Shown piece after piece: positions 9,845 to 20,174 of a DNA stretch of 64,000 bases. The notes under the pieces are model-generated. The model did no database searches. It was given only the letters and a program-made list of their open reading frames with translations, and was not told where the DNA came from. A program made the position numbers and the translations under genes. Numbering within the stretch: the stretch's first letter is position 1; every line of letters starts with the position of its first letter. Source of the stretch: Clostridia bacterium (GTDB taxonomy: Bacteria > Bacillota > Clostridia > TANB77 > RGIG9151); assembly GCA_017450465.1 (NCBI GenBank), contig JAFSUW010000029.1:41572-105571 (forward strand), in the 5' to 3' direction.

Positions 9845-11488
9845 CTATATGCTGCTATCTAATATCTCAAGCGTAAAAGGCCTAAATTCACTATTTATTT
9901 TATCTAGTATTTCCTCTTTGCTCTCTGAAATAATAATCTCCTTTGGCGTTTTACTATACAAATATCCACATAAATGATATAAGTAATCCACAGGTGATTT
10001 ATTTATATCACTTCCAAAACTACTTAATATTTTTTCTGCTTTTTCTGCTAATTCATACTCTCCAAACAATCTCGAAAGTTTCATGAAATTCATTATTGCT
10101 ACTGAATTTACCGATGGAATCGCCCCATCGTAAGTCTCTTTTATATTTACAATTAACTGTTCACCTGCTTTGCTATATAAATATAGTCCATTATCATCCC
10201 AAAAATTTTCCAAAAGCTCGTCGTTTAGTTCCTTTGCTTTTACCAAATACTTGTTATTGTATCCTGCTTCATATAGTTCAATTAATCCCCAAATCATATA
10301 AACATAGTCTATAGCATACGCATCGCCAACTATATTACCATTTATATAATACGCCTTTAAGTGTTTCTCATTTAGCGTTTCTAATATAAAATCTGCGCAT
10401 TTCGTCGCTATTTTTATATAATCTTCATTGTTGAAAGTCTTACCTGCATATGCAAAACAAAGAATCGCCATACCATTTAAGTTAGTCGCAATTTTTTTAT
10501 CAATAAATACTTCCTGACTATCTTTATCGTCCTTTTGAATTTCTGAATCTTCTGCCGAATAGAACCCACCTTCAATAGATAGTAATCTCTTTTTTATATA
10601 ATCTAGCGACTCTTCTATTACATCTTTATACTTAATCTTTTTCATAACCTTGTAACACTCTGTAAATGCTAATATCATCAATGCATTAGTATATAGCATT
10701 TTCTCATAGTGAGGGCTTTTCCAATCTTGCGTCGTCGCATACCTATAAAATCCGCCATTTTCTTTATCATATATTTCGCCTTCAGCAATATTGTCTAACG
10801 TCTTTTCTACCATATAAAGTACATATTCTTCTTTATATAGATACCAATACCTAAGCAAGAAAAAAATCTGATGTGCTATGGGGAATTTAGGTGCACCACC
10901 AAAACCGCCATATTTATCATCAAATATGGATTTCATAATCCATATAGCATTAGCTACTGTATCATCCGTTACCTTTTCTAAATCTTTTGGCACATATTCC
11001 ATCTTTTTTACAACTTCATCAGCAGATTCATATATCGCTTTCTTATTTTCTTTCCAATTCTTCAAAATGGCTTTAAGCAGGGTTAAAAAATCTATACTAC
11101 CTTCTTCTTTTTTATCTGGATAATACGTTCCCGCAAAAAACGGTTTCCCCTCTGGCGTTAAAAATATATTAAGGGGCCACCCTGCGTTTTCAGTCATTCT
11201 CACTGCCGCATCCATGTATATTGCATCAATATCTGGTCTTTCTTCTCTATCTACCTTTATTGAAACAAAATTCTCATTCAAGAATTTTGCAATTTCTTCA
11301 TCGCTAAACGCTTCCTTGGCCATCTTATGACAAAAATGGCACGTTGAATAACCTATACTTAAAAATATTGGCTTATCTTCTATAACTGCTTTATTTAGTG
11401 CTTCATTGCCCCATGGATACCAGTTTATTGGATTATCCGCATGCTGAAGCAAATATGGAGAATTTTCGTTAATTAATAAATTAGGCAT
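9845..11488 (-). CDS. thioredoxin-domain protein, YyaL/DUF255 family
   Basis: [40 protein letters not shown]. Start at MPNLLINE with a GAGGTG RBS. Confidence 0.85.
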   Translation of the reverse strand: MPNLLINENSPYLLQHADNPINWYPWGNEALNKAVIEDKPIFLSIGYSTCHFCHKMAKEAFSDEEIAKFLNENFVSIKVDREERPDIDAIYMDAAVRMTENAGWPLNIFLTPEGKPFFAGTYYPDKKEEGSIDFLTLLKAILKNWKENKKAIYESADEVVKKMEYVPKDLEKVTDDTVANAIWIMKSIFDDKYGGFGGAPKFPIAHQIFFLLRYWYLYKEEYVLYMVEKTLDNIAEGEIYDKENGGFYRYATTQDWKSPHYEKMLYTNALMILAFTECYKVMKKIKYKDVIEESLDYIKKRLLSIEGGFYSAEDSEIQKDDKDSQEVFIDKKIATNLNGMAILCFAYAGKTFNNEDYIKIATKCADFILETLNEKHLKAYYINGNIVGDAYAIDYVYMIWGLIELYEAGYNNKYLVKAKELNDELLENFWDDNGLYLYSKAGEQLIVNIKETYDGAIPSVNSVAIMNFMKLSRLFGEYELAEKAEKILSSFGSDINKSPVDYLYHLCGYLYSKTPKEIIISESKEEILDKINSEFRPFTLEILDSSI

Positions 11489-11537
11489 ACTTTTCACCTC
11501 GTAAAAAGTATGCCCTATTAATAAAAAACTATGTATT

Positions 11538-12251
11538 TTACAAACCAATTTTACTTATTAATTCTTTTTTGGTAATGTATCTCCATTTTCCCACTTCTAA
11601 ATCGTCTGCCGATAATTTACCTATCGATTTTCTATGAAGCGTTACTACCTTGTGATTAATTTCTTCACACATTTTCTTTACTTGCCTATTTCGCCCTTCA
11701 TGTATCTTTATTTCAACTACAGAAAACTTACCTTTTTCTTCTATTATTTTTATTTTGGCAGGACTAGTTTTTTCACCATCTATTATAAGTCCCTTCATGA
11801 ACTGTGCCATCTCGCTAGAAGTTGGTTTACCCCATATTTTCGCAATATATGTTTTTTCTATCTCGTTTTTTGGGTGCGTTATTTTATTCACAAGGTCGCC
11901 ATCATTAGTTAGTATTAAAATGCCCGTTGTGTCCTTATCTAATCTTCCAACCGGAAATAAACGCTTTTTACAATCTTTTATTAAGTGTAGTACAGATAAA
12001 TTATCGAACTGGTCTTTTGCGGCACTTATATAACCTTGCGGTTTATTTAAGACTATATAAATTTTATCATCTTGTGGCTTTATTATCTTATCGTTAAATG
12101 TAACTTTGTCTTTTTTTAAGTCTACTTTCGTACCAAGTTCAGTAACGGTCACACCATTTACTTTTACTTTGCCACTTAATATATATTCTTCTGCTTTTCT
12201 TCTAGATGCCACACCTGCGTCTGCTAAATATTTTTGTAATCTAACTTCCAT
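11538..12251 (-). CDS. rluB: rRNA pseudouridine synthase (RsuA/RluB family)
   Basis: S4 domain [18 protein letters not shown] and the catalytic [18 protein letters not shown]. Confidence 0.9.
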   Translation of the reverse strand: MEVRLQKYLADAGVASRRKAEEYILSGKVKVNGVTVTELGTKVDLKKDKVTFNDKIIKPQDDKIYIVLNKPQGYISAAKDQFDNLSVLHLIKDCKKRLFPVGRLDKDTTGILILTNDGDLVNKITHPKNEIEKTYIAKIWGKPTSSEMAQFMKGLIIDGEKTSPAKIKIIEEKGKFSVVEIKIHEGRNRQVKKMCEEINHKVVTLHRKSIGKLSADDLEVGKWRYITKKELISKIGL

Positions 12252-12261
12252 ACAGTACCCC

Positions 12262-13629
12262 TTATTCTTCTTCTACTTCGTCTTCATCTAATTTATCTGG
12301 TTTTTCTCCTGTATCGCAAATCTTTACCTTGGTTATACGCTTTTCCTCTATTTCTTCAACTTTAAATACCAAGCCGTTATACTCAAATTCTGGTCTTTCA
12401 TCATCTTCAGGGACAATTCCAAGATGTCCCATTATGAAGCCACCTAATGTATCATACTCATCTACAGGAAGTTCTCTATCAAATTTCTTAGAAACATCAA
12501 GTAAACTTACTGTTCCATCAACCATCTGTGTTGTTTCATCTATTTTTTCAAATTCTGATTTCTCTTCGCCATCATATTCATCAAAAATATTGCCTACTAT
12601 TTCTTCCATCAAATCTTCCATTGTAACAATACCACTTGTTCCACCATATTCATCAATTACAACAGCCATGTACATTTTGTTTTTTTGGAGTTCACGGAAT
12701 GTATCATCTGTTTTCTTCGACTCTGGCACATAATATATTTGACGAAGAATATCTGATATCTTAAATGTCTTCTTAGTCTTACCACTAATGTATTTTATTA
12801 CGTCTTTTACATGAACCATACCAATAATGTTATCGATATCTTCCTCATAAACAGGAAAACGAGTAAACTTTTCTTGCTCTACAAGTTCTAAAACATACTC
12901 TAAATCCGCATCTTTAGGAATTGCTACTATATCTTTTCTATGTGTCATTGCCTCTGATACAGATGTATTGTTAAAGTCAAAAACATTTTCTATCATTTCT
13001 TTTTCAGCAACTTCTATTGTTCCTTTTTCTTCTCCTATATCTACCATCATTCTAATTTCTTCTTCTGTAACTTCCTCAACAACTGCATTTGGATCTAATC
13101 CAAACATTTTTATAATAACATTTGTCGACCATGTTAAGAACATTACGAATGGTCTTGTAAGTTTTTCAACTAAATTTAACACACCAATAATAGCCATAGA
13201 AATTGGCTCTGGTTTTTGCATAGCAAATCTTTTTGGCACAAGTTCGCCAAAAACTAATGTAAAATATGACAAAACAATTGTAATTAATACTACTGCAATG
13301 CCATGTATTAAATCGGAATAAACTGCTAAACTCTCATTAATGCTAATAACCCAAGAAGTTATTGGCCCAGCAAAACCTGAAGCTGCTATAGCACTGGCCA
13401 AGAAACCTGCAAGTGTTACTCCAACTTGTATAGTTGCTAAGAATTTACTTGGCTCTTTCGTAAGTTTAACTATTTGTTTCGCTTTCTTATGGCCTTCTTC
13501 CGCCATTTTCTTTATTTTATTATCATTTAATGAAATTATTGCAATTTCTGCCGCAGCAAATAAAGCATTAATTGCTATAAGTATTATTAATAAGAAAAAC
13601 TTCAGCAACAAATGACTGCTATTCCCCAT
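12262..13629 (-). CDS. hemolysin-family CNNM/CorC transporter (DUF21-CBS-CorC_HlyC)
   Basis: N-terminal transmembrane DUF21, tandem CBS domains, C-terminal transporter-associated domain and an acidic tail. Confidence 0.8.
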   Translation of the reverse strand: MGNSSHLLLKFFLLIILIAINALFAAAEIAIISLNDNKIKKMAEEGHKKAKQIVKLTKEPSKFLATIQVGVTLAGFLASAIAASGFAGPITSWVISINESLAVYSDLIHGIAVVLITIVLSYFTLVFGELVPKRFAMQKPEPISMAIIGVLNLVEKLTRPFVMFLTWSTNVIIKMFGLDPNAVVEEVTEEEIRMMVDIGEEKGTIEVAEKEMIENVFDFNNTSVSEAMTHRKDIVAIPKDADLEYVLELVEQEKFTRFPVYEEDIDNIIGMVHVKDVIKYISGKTKKTFKISDILRQIYYVPESKKTDDTFRELQKNKMYMAVVIDEYGGTSGIVTMEDLMEEIVGNIFDEYDGEEKSEFEKIDETTQMVDGTVSLLDVSKKFDRELPVDEYDTLGGFIMGHLGIVPEDDERPEFEYNGLVFKVEEIEEKRITKVKICDTGEKPDKLDEDEVEEE

Positions 13630-13744
13630 TTATCTTCTGTGTCTCCTTTCAGACTGGTCTTTAGTTTAATATACAATAATATAGATGTAAAGTCAAATTA
13701 CGTTGAGTTTGTGAGATTTTGTGTTTTGGCTTAAGTTAAACTAC

Positions 13745-14134
13745 GCAAATTATTGTTTGTCTTTCTCTTTAATAACCACGTGAACTAACCATTACGTTTG
13801 TTAACATTTCTTGCCAAAATAATTGGTGGCCGTTCGCACGATGCATCCTGCATCGATTCTCACTCAAAAAAACATCCAGTTTTTTTGACCACCAAAAACT
13901 ATTTTGGAGAAATGTTACAAACTTCATTTAATCGTTCGCTATGGTTATTAAAGGGATTAAACTAAAATCATAATTTTATATATTTAAACTTTATGTTTGT
14001 CAAAGATTTGATGTTTTGGCAAGGCAAACGAGCGAGAAAACCGGAAGCGTACGAGTTGTACGTTGAGGATTTTCGATGCGAAGTTTAACGTAGCCAAAAC
14101 GCAAATATTTGACAAACTCAGTGATAAACAATAA
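13745..14134. repeat. MITE-like element with nested inverted repeats, bounded by AAATTATTGTTT / AAACAATAATTT
   Basis: Perfect 12-bp terminal inverted repeats. Internal ~70-bp arms (ctttaataaccac... / ...ggttattaaag) pair with each other. A central core is shared with 44950-45085. Confidence 0.55.
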
Positions 14135-14140
14135 TTTACT

Positions 14141-15040
14141 CTAATAGTTCTCTATCGTAGTTCCCCTATAATAATGTGCTAGTATTTCTTTATATGTTTT
14201 CCCTTCTCTTGCCATGGCTTCTGCGCCCCATTGGCTTAACCCTACACCATGACCATAACCTTTTACATTAATCTCTATATTAATATCGTCATTTTTTATA
14301 TTAAAATTACTAGAACGTAAATTAAAAATATTTCTTATCTTTGTACCCTTAAATTCGGTGTTTCCAATCTTTATTCTCCCTACACTTCCGCCTTCAGTCC
14401 TACTCAAAATTTTTATGTTGCCATCGTATGAAAAATTTTTATCCACTTTTTTTAAAGCATTCACAAATTCTTTTTTACTTATTACCACTTTAGTCTCATA
14501 ATTTTGCATTATTTCTTCGCCGGGGCTATCAACAGACGATAGATAAACTACATCACCACCTGCAAAAACTTCCGAAACGTTTTCAGTTTTCCCTCCACTT
14601 GCCGAATGATATAGCGCATTTATTATATTCCCCTCAAAAGTAAGGACTTCTCCTTTGGTTGATTCTACCGCTTCACTTATTTTCTTATAACTTGTAGAAT
14701 CATCCTTTTCACAAAATCCTTGGCAATGCGCCGGGTTATCACATATATCTGCATTTTTATGTGCATTTTGTCCAATTTTTCGATACGTATATGTACGTGC
14801 AGCAACTGTCTGCGCCTTTAATGCTTCAATATTAAAACTCGCTGGCATTTCTTTATATATTACTCCTTTTATATACTCTTCTAAATCCATCTCCTCCACT
14901 TTATCTTGAGCTGTTCTATATAAACGAATTTTAGCTATTTCTTCCTCATCATTTTTTATATCAATTCTAATATTAAAAATATAGCAAAAAATATATGGAA
15001 TTAAATTTAGTAAAAATATGTAATAAAAAAATTTTTTCAT
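14141..15040 (-). CDS. spoIID: stage II sporulation protein D
   Basis: SpoIID/LytB domain: YHSASGGKTENVSEVF...VGLSQWGAEAMAREGKTYKEILAHYY. Confidence 0.9.
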   Translation of the reverse strand: MKKFFYYIFLLNLIPYIFCYIFNIRIDIKNDEEEIAKIRLYRTAQDKVEEMDLEEYIKGVIYKEMPASFNIEALKAQTVAARTYTYRKIGQNAHKNADICDNPAHCQGFCEKDDSTSYKKISEAVESTKGEVLTFEGNIINALYHSASGGKTENVSEVFAGGDVVYLSSVDSPGEEIMQNYETKVVISKKEFVNALKKVDKNFSYDGNIKILSRTEGGSVGRIKIGNTEFKGTKIRNIFNLRSSNFNIKNDDINIEINVKGYGHGVGLSQWGAEAMAREGKTYKEILAHYYRGTTIENY

Positions 15041-15186
15041 TCTATATCATTCCCTCTAGCACTATTTATTGCCAATTTTTATTCAATATTTAAACTTTTT
15101 TAAAAATATTCAAAAAAAGTGTTAAGTTTTTTTAAACCTAAATCGATATATGGAGTAGATAGTAAGATGTTTAAAGGAGGAAAAAA

Positions 15187-16288
15187 GATGTCTAAAACAA
15201 CAGCTACTCTGTTTACAGAGTTTGAAAAAGATTTATTAAAGAATATGCAAGAACTTGAAATTTCAAAACCACAAAAAGAATATGTATTGAAAAATATCAA
15301 TATTCCTTTTAGTAAGTGGTTATATTCTGACACAACAAATTCATCAAAGGAAACACCTTATGCAACACTAAATACAAATTATAATAAAGGAACAGTAGTA
15401 TTCCCAAAATTACACATTAACTTAAACAAAACACAAAATACTTTCGTTTCAAAATATAATTTGTATGAAATCACAGCAAAAAATCATCCAATGGTAGATG
15501 ACTCTATTAAATTACTTAAGAACTTATCTAAAAAAATACCTTGTTCAAAAAACAATACTTTACTTGGTCAAACTAAAGCAACACTTACAGAAGAGATGTT
15601 CTTTGAAGATGCTACTTATTTAGATTATCTTACTAATTTAATGCTTACATTAAACTTAATTGAAAGACACACAAAGAAAACAAGCAGATATGACTCAATA
15701 AAGATTTCTGAAGCTGGTAAAGAATATTTAACTCTTTCAAAAGAAGCAAAATTTGCTGCTCTTAAAAAAGCCGCTATTAGTTATGCTTCATATCAATTAA
15801 AAACAGCTTTAATTAGCAAAGCAGATATGCTTGCAACATTAATTGAAAGAACAAATGAGAAAGCTAATGAAAAAGTTTCATTAGACTTCTTCTCAGAAGA
15901 AAGATTAACATCACTTCTAACAGCTAAAACAGTTAATCTCGAAGCATATTATGATGAAATATTTAGTTCTATGGGAATTGATAGAAAGAAATACGTTAAC
16001 TACTTCAATTCTAAAGCAAGCAAAGTAAATTCAATGGAAGCTGCTTTCGAAGATGAAAAGTTATTCTTAGCTATCTATGTAATGGATATCCAGAATATGT
16101 TTGATACATATTTCGTAAATCCATTTAGCTATTACTTTATGACTTTAGTACCAACATATTCAGCACAATTTAATTGTCAATCAACAATTATGGAAATGTT
16201 ACTTGCTAAAGAAAATAAGAGAATGTGCGAACACTTAAGTTATTCAGTTCCTATTGCTTTAACTGCAACACCAATTGCAAATATGTAA
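15187..16288 (+). CDS. hypothetical protein
   Basis: 367-aa ORF with an AAAGGAGG RBS before MSKTT. No recognisable motifs. Confidence 0.55.
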
Positions 16289-16295
16289 ATTATTA

Positions 16296-16330
16296 AAATA
16301 CCCAGTACTAAGTACTGGGTATTTTTTTAT
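16296..16330. terminator. bidirectional rho-independent terminator between convergent genes
   Basis: aatacccagtactaagtactgggtattttttt. Confidence 0.7.
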
Positions 16331-16335
16331 TATTC

Positions 16336-16623
16336 TTATTTAAGTTCAATAACTAGCTTTTTCCCTAATGCCATGGCCATAGAGTTTAAGTCATAAATAG
16401 TTGGGCTTACATCTCCTGTCTCTATATCTAACACTGTTGTATCCTCTAAATTGGCCCTTTTAGTTAATTCTTCTTGTGTTATATTTTGTTTATTCCTTTC
16501 CTCTATAAAAAGGTTTATTATTTCTTTTTCATATTGTAGTTTATCCCACTCTTTTTTAAAACCTTCATCCTTTAATTTTTCATTTAAATGCTCATCAAAA
16601 TTCATAGTTTCCCTCCTTATCAT
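16336..16623 (-). CDS. XRE-family HTH antitoxin (HigA-like)
   Basis: 95 aa with an HTH (NITQEELTKRANL). A 4-nt ATGA overlap with the upstream toxin gene indicates translational coupling. Confidence 0.8.
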   Translation of the reverse strand: MIRRETMNFDEHLNEKLKDEGFKKEWDKLQYEKEIINLFIEERNKQNITQEELTKRANLEDTTVLDIETGDVSPTIYDLNSMAMALGKKLVIELK

Positions 16624-17183
16624 TTCTGAAATGATCCTCGTTTAGCCGAGCGCCGTTTTTTATCACTCTTATTTACTTGTGCTTTGGCAGCTTTTAATTC
16701 ACCTTCAACCTTTTTTAGTTCTTCTTTCAATTCACCAAACTCTTCTATTTCAGATTCGAGTTCGTCGTCCTCGTTATCATCAGCACCACTATCATCAATT
16801 TCAACATGTTTAAGAGGACCTAGTTTATTTTTTCTTTTTCTAGTCTCATAATCCGCTTTATATTTTTGTGCCTTACTAAATTCTCCTGGATCCATTTTTT
16901 CTTGCTTTTTTGTATAACCATTCGACAAAATTATAGTATTATCTCCTGCGAAAAAGTAAAATATCCTAAATATATCTGTCCCAAGTTTAACACGTAGCTC
17001 AAATATACCATCTCTAGCTGGGCTTGAATATGGATATCTCAAGTTGTTTCCTTGTTTATTTAACATTTTTAATCTATCCATTACTTTTGCTGCTTTTCTA
17101 TCAGATAATGTGGCTATATAATCTGCCACAGGCATTTTCCCACTGGATGTATGATAATAAACAAGTTCAAACAACTTTTTCAC
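16620..17183 (-). CDS. type II toxin, RelE/ParE superfamily, Gp49/HigB-like, with a ~70-aa C-terminal extension
   Basis: RYPYSSPARDGIFELRVKLGTDIFRIFYFFAGDNTIILSNGYTKKQEKMDPGEF matches the Gp49/DUF891 pattern. The acidic and Lys-rich tail is atypical. Confidence 0.75.
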   Translation of the reverse strand: MKKLFELVYYHTSSGKMPVADYIATLSDRKAAKVMDRLKMLNKQGNNLRYPYSSPARDGIFELRVKLGTDIFRIFYFFAGDNTIILSNGYTKKQEKMDPGEFSKAQKYKADYETRKRKNKLGPLKHVEIDDSGADDNEDDELESEIEEFGELKEELKKVEGELKAAKAQVNKSDKKRRSAKRGSFQK

Positions 17184-17201
17184 CTCTACTTTTACTCTAA
17201 C

Positions 17202-18797
17202 TTATTTTGCTGCTTCTTTATTTTCTACGCTTAATGATGCTGCTTTATTACCCCTTTTTAAGTCTTTATCAGTGCTAAACTCTTGCAAGATTTCATTTAC
17301 ATTTTTGCTAGCCATAGATGTTGTTGGATCTAAGTTATTTTCCCAAACTTTGCCGCCCCTTAAGCAATTTTTATTTATTTTACCATTCACATAAACAACA
17401 ACTTCATGCGTAGGATTATTGTTCGATGGGACCTTACTTAAATCCATACTCTCATAGCATAAACTTATACTGCTATTCGCATAAGATATCATATCATAGC
17501 CATATTGCTGATGAATTACCTCGTTTTGCTTCCCGCCCACATAAAACTTAGTGCTTGTGCTTGCTGGAATTCTTACCTCTTCCATAAGAGTATTTAAGAA
17601 AGCCGTAACATCTATTTCTACTATTTTCCCTATCAGTGGACGTCCATTTAATTTATCTATATGATTTGATATAAACGAAACTTTACGTAATGGGCAAAAT
17701 GAAAATACTTGCTGCCCTAAAGAAATATTATATAGTGTAGCTACTTGAAGACCACTTCCCAAAAATGCTCTATCACCAATCTTTAATGTTTTTTCAACTG
17801 AATCATAATTAAAGCTTTTTAAATTTTTTAATCCTAAACAAGCTTCAGTTCCAATCTCTTTTAATTCTACAGGAAAAATTATGTCTTCAACTTGTGCTGC
17901 CATTTTATATTGTTTTATAGAAAGTTCACCCGGTTTAATTTGTTCTACTTTTTTATTGTATATAACTGCCACTATAATTGCATTTTTATTGCCTATACCA
18001 TTAATAGCATTTACGAATTTTATTTTATATTTAGCATTATTCATAGTATATATTAAAGCCATCCTAGCAGAAGTTTTTAATATAGCTTTTTCATATCTCG
18101 TAGGCAATTTATACTTAACTAGTACGTCAATCACCCTTTTACGATATACGTCTAAATCACTTAATTCTGGTTCTTTTGGGCGTGCACTCTTTCCTCCCAC
18201 GCCACTTCTTATAAATCTACCTAAGAAATTCGTATCTTTTTTAACTTCTTTTTTTTCTTCTTTTTTATGTTCTTTTTCGTGCTTGGCTTCTTCTTTCTTT
18301 TCTAGTGCAGCATCTTCACCTAAATCTAAATTTTCGCCAAGTAAAATGTTCCACATTCTTCCTTGATGCAACACAGCATTTACATTCTTCATATCTACTT
18401 TGCCACTACCATATGCGCCTCTTTTTATTTCTGTTATTAGCATCTGCCTTTTCATATCTTGCTTTAAGTCAGATATTTTTAAGTTTTCTAGCATATCTAT
18501 TAATTCAGCAACTTGGTCGTCTGTTGTAAATTCTGGTATATCTACCTTCTTTAGTGTGCCCTTTTGCTTTATTTGTGAGGCAGTATATAACATTCTTATT
18601 CGCATAATTTGTCTAGAGACATCAATTAACTGCTCTTTATTAAACTGTTCTTCTAGCATATTATAATAATCCTGCACGATTTTTAAAAGTTCATCATCTA
18701 CAGAATCAATATCATATTCCATCGTATTAAGTCTAGTCTTAAATTCCTCAATTTCATTTGGCAATGCATCATTTATTGTATCTGCCATATATAACAC
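17202..18797 (-). CDS. hypothetical protein (531 aa; coiled-coil N-terminus, KE-rich linker)
   Basis: Long ORF separated from the toxin gene by only 18 nt, which suggests an operon. No recognisable motifs. Confidence 0.5.
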   Translation of the reverse strand: MLYMADTINDALPNEIEEFKTRLNTMEYDIDSVDDELLKIVQDYYNMLEEQFNKEQLIDVSRQIMRIRMLYTASQIKQKGTLKKVDIPEFTTDDQVAELIDMLENLKISDLKQDMKRQMLITEIKRGAYGSGKVDMKNVNAVLHQGRMWNILLGENLDLGEDAALEKKEEAKHEKEHKKEEKKEVKKDTNFLGRFIRSGVGGKSARPKEPELSDLDVYRKRVIDVLVKYKLPTRYEKAILKTSARMALIYTMNNAKYKIKFVNAINGIGNKNAIIVAVIYNKKVEQIKPGELSIKQYKMAAQVEDIIFPVELKEIGTEACLGLKNLKSFNYDSVEKTLKIGDRAFLGSGLQVATLYNISLGQQVFSFCPLRKVSFISNHIDKLNGRPLIGKIVEIDVTAFLNTLMEEVRIPASTSTKFYVGGKQNEVIHQQYGYDMISYANSSISLCYESMDLSKVPSNNNPTHEVVVYVNGKINKNCLRGGKVWENNLDPTTSMASKNVNEILQEFSTDKDLKRGNKAASLSVENKEAAK

Positions 18798-18837
18798 CTC
18801 ATTACGTTTATCGGCAGATTATTAATAGAAATTAATA

Positions 18838-19014
18838 AGATAAATTATTGTTTATAGGGATGATGTAAATGTGTGTTGGTAAATTATCAAACTGTAGGGG
18901 CGAGTCTCCTGGCTCGCCCGTGTACAATGTTTGCGGGCGGGGGTGGAACCCCGCCCCTACAGAAATTTTAATATTTCATATTAAAATTTCTCCCCTACAA
19001 ACAATAATTTATCT
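18838..19014. mobile_element. MITE-like element (~177 bp) with 22-bp terminal inverted repeats
   Basis: AGATAAATTATTGTTTATAGGG ... CCCCTACAAACAATAATTTATCT. Inside are a CTGTAGGGGCG...CGCCCCTACAG double hairpin and an AT palindrome. Confidence 0.6.
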
Positions 19015-19028
19015 CTTCACAAAAAAAT

Positions 19029-19051
19029 AACGCTAACTAATAGTTAGCGTT
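19029..19051 (-). terminator. terminator downstream of rplL
   Basis: aacgctaactaatagttagcgtt followed by T-rich sequence. Confidence 0.6.
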
Positions 19052-19064
19052 ATTTTTATTTTAA

Positions 19065-19451
19065 TTACTTAATTTCTACTGTTGCTCCAGCTTCTTCAAG
19101 TTTTGCTTTCATGCTGTCAGCTTCTTCTTTAGATACTCCAGCTTTTAATTCCTTTGGAGCTCCATCTACTAATTCTTTAGCTTCTTTTAAGCCAAGACCT
19201 GTGATTTCTCTTACTGCCTTGATAGCGTTAATCTTGTTTGCGCCACCATCTTTTAAGATTACTGTAAATTCAGTTTGTTCTGCGCCACCAGCTGGTGCTG
19301 CTCCACCTGCTACTGCTGCGCCTGTAGCTGCTACAGGAGCTGCTGCTGTTACTCCAAATTCTTCTTCTAATGCCTTAACTAAATCTGATAATTCTAATAC
19401 TGTTAAACCTTTAACATCTTCCATTAACTTTGTAACTTTTTCACTTGCCAT
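19065..19451 (-). CDS. rplL: 50S ribosomal protein L7/L12
   Basis: Ala/Gly-rich hinge and the conserved C-terminal domain. Confidence 0.95.
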   Translation of the reverse strand: MASEKVTKLMEDVKGLTVLELSDLVKALEEEFGVTAAAPVAATGAAVAGGAAPAGGAEQTEFTVILKDGGANKINAIKAVREITGLGLKEAKELVDGAPKELKAGVSKEEADSMKAKLEEAGATVEIK

Positions 19452-19496
19452 TTTATATTACCTCCATTTATAAATTTTGATTTGTTTTTATTTTTA

Positions 19497-20006
19497 CTAA
19501 GCATTTGCCTCTGCTTCTTTTTTATCAGCAATTGCTTTTAATGTATAAGCCAAAGATGCGATTGGTGAATTGAAACCACCAAGTATTTGTGCAATAAGTA
19601 CTTCTTTTGAAGGAATCTTTGCAAGTTTCTTTACTCCTTCAGCATCATAAATACTTCCTTCGGCCCAAGCTGCTTTTAATTTTAATGCTTCAACTTCTTC
19701 AGCAACTTTTGAAACTATTCTTGCTGGTGCTGTACAATCATCGTGACTTATAACTATCGCTGTAGGTCCTTCTAAATATTCTGCTAAACCTTCATAGTCT
19801 GTTCCTTTGATTGCAAGTTTTGCTAGACTGTTTTTAGCTACTTTATAATAAACGTTTTCTTTTCTTAAATCGTTTCTTAAACCTGTAACTTCATCTACTG
19901 TTATTCCTCTATATTCAAGAATAACAACTCCCTTTGCACCATCAAATTTTTCAGAAAGATTTTTTACTTCTCCTTCTTTTCTCTCTAATGCTTTTTTACC
20001 AGGCAT
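19497..20006 (-). CDS. rplJ: 50S ribosomal protein L10
   Basis: Start at MPGKKALERKEGEV with a GGAGG RBS. Confidence 0.9.
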   Translation of the reverse strand: MPGKKALERKEGEVKNLSEKFDGAKGVVILEYRGITVDEVTGLRNDLRKENVYYKVAKNSLAKLAIKGTDYEGLAEYLEGPTAIVISHDDCTAPARIVSKVAEEVEALKLKAAWAEGSIYDAEGVKKLAKIPSKEVLIAQILGGFNSPIASLAYTLKAIADKKEAEANA

Positions 20007-20170
20007 TTTTTTATTTCCTCCTTTCGTAGTATAGGAAAATCTCACCGTAACAACAAAAAACTCTTATTACCTTGGGCAATAAGAGTCAAGCTCTATGTTA
20101 TTGCCTCGGTAGGATATAGTTTTAAGATTTCTCTCCTACTTTCTTAGGTAAAATTTTCAAATTTATTAGT
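20007..20170 (-). promoter_or_regulatory. rplJ (L10) leader region, likely autoregulatory
   Basis: 164-nt untranslated region between rplA and rplJ. This is the position of the L10 leader in Firmicutes. The structure itself was not verified. Confidence 0.4.
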
Positions 20171-20174
20171 GTAA

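Noticed and set aside
8327-11548. Long N-terminal extensions in the ORF track for rsmB (MYVGICTK...), the YyaL-like gene (MVCKIHSF...), the GT2 gene (MITTNTVG...), rplJ, rplK and the giant surface protein (MHKKYNLL...)
   Set aside because: In each case an internal ATG with a good Shine-Dalgarno matches the conserved N-terminus of the family. The extensions cover terminator or hairpin sequence or overlap the upstream gene.
15100-15333. 77-aa minus-strand ORF overlapping the start of the 15187..16288 gene
   Set aside because: It overlaps the divergent promoter region and the better-supported plus-strand gene, has no RBS, and has a low-complexity sequence.
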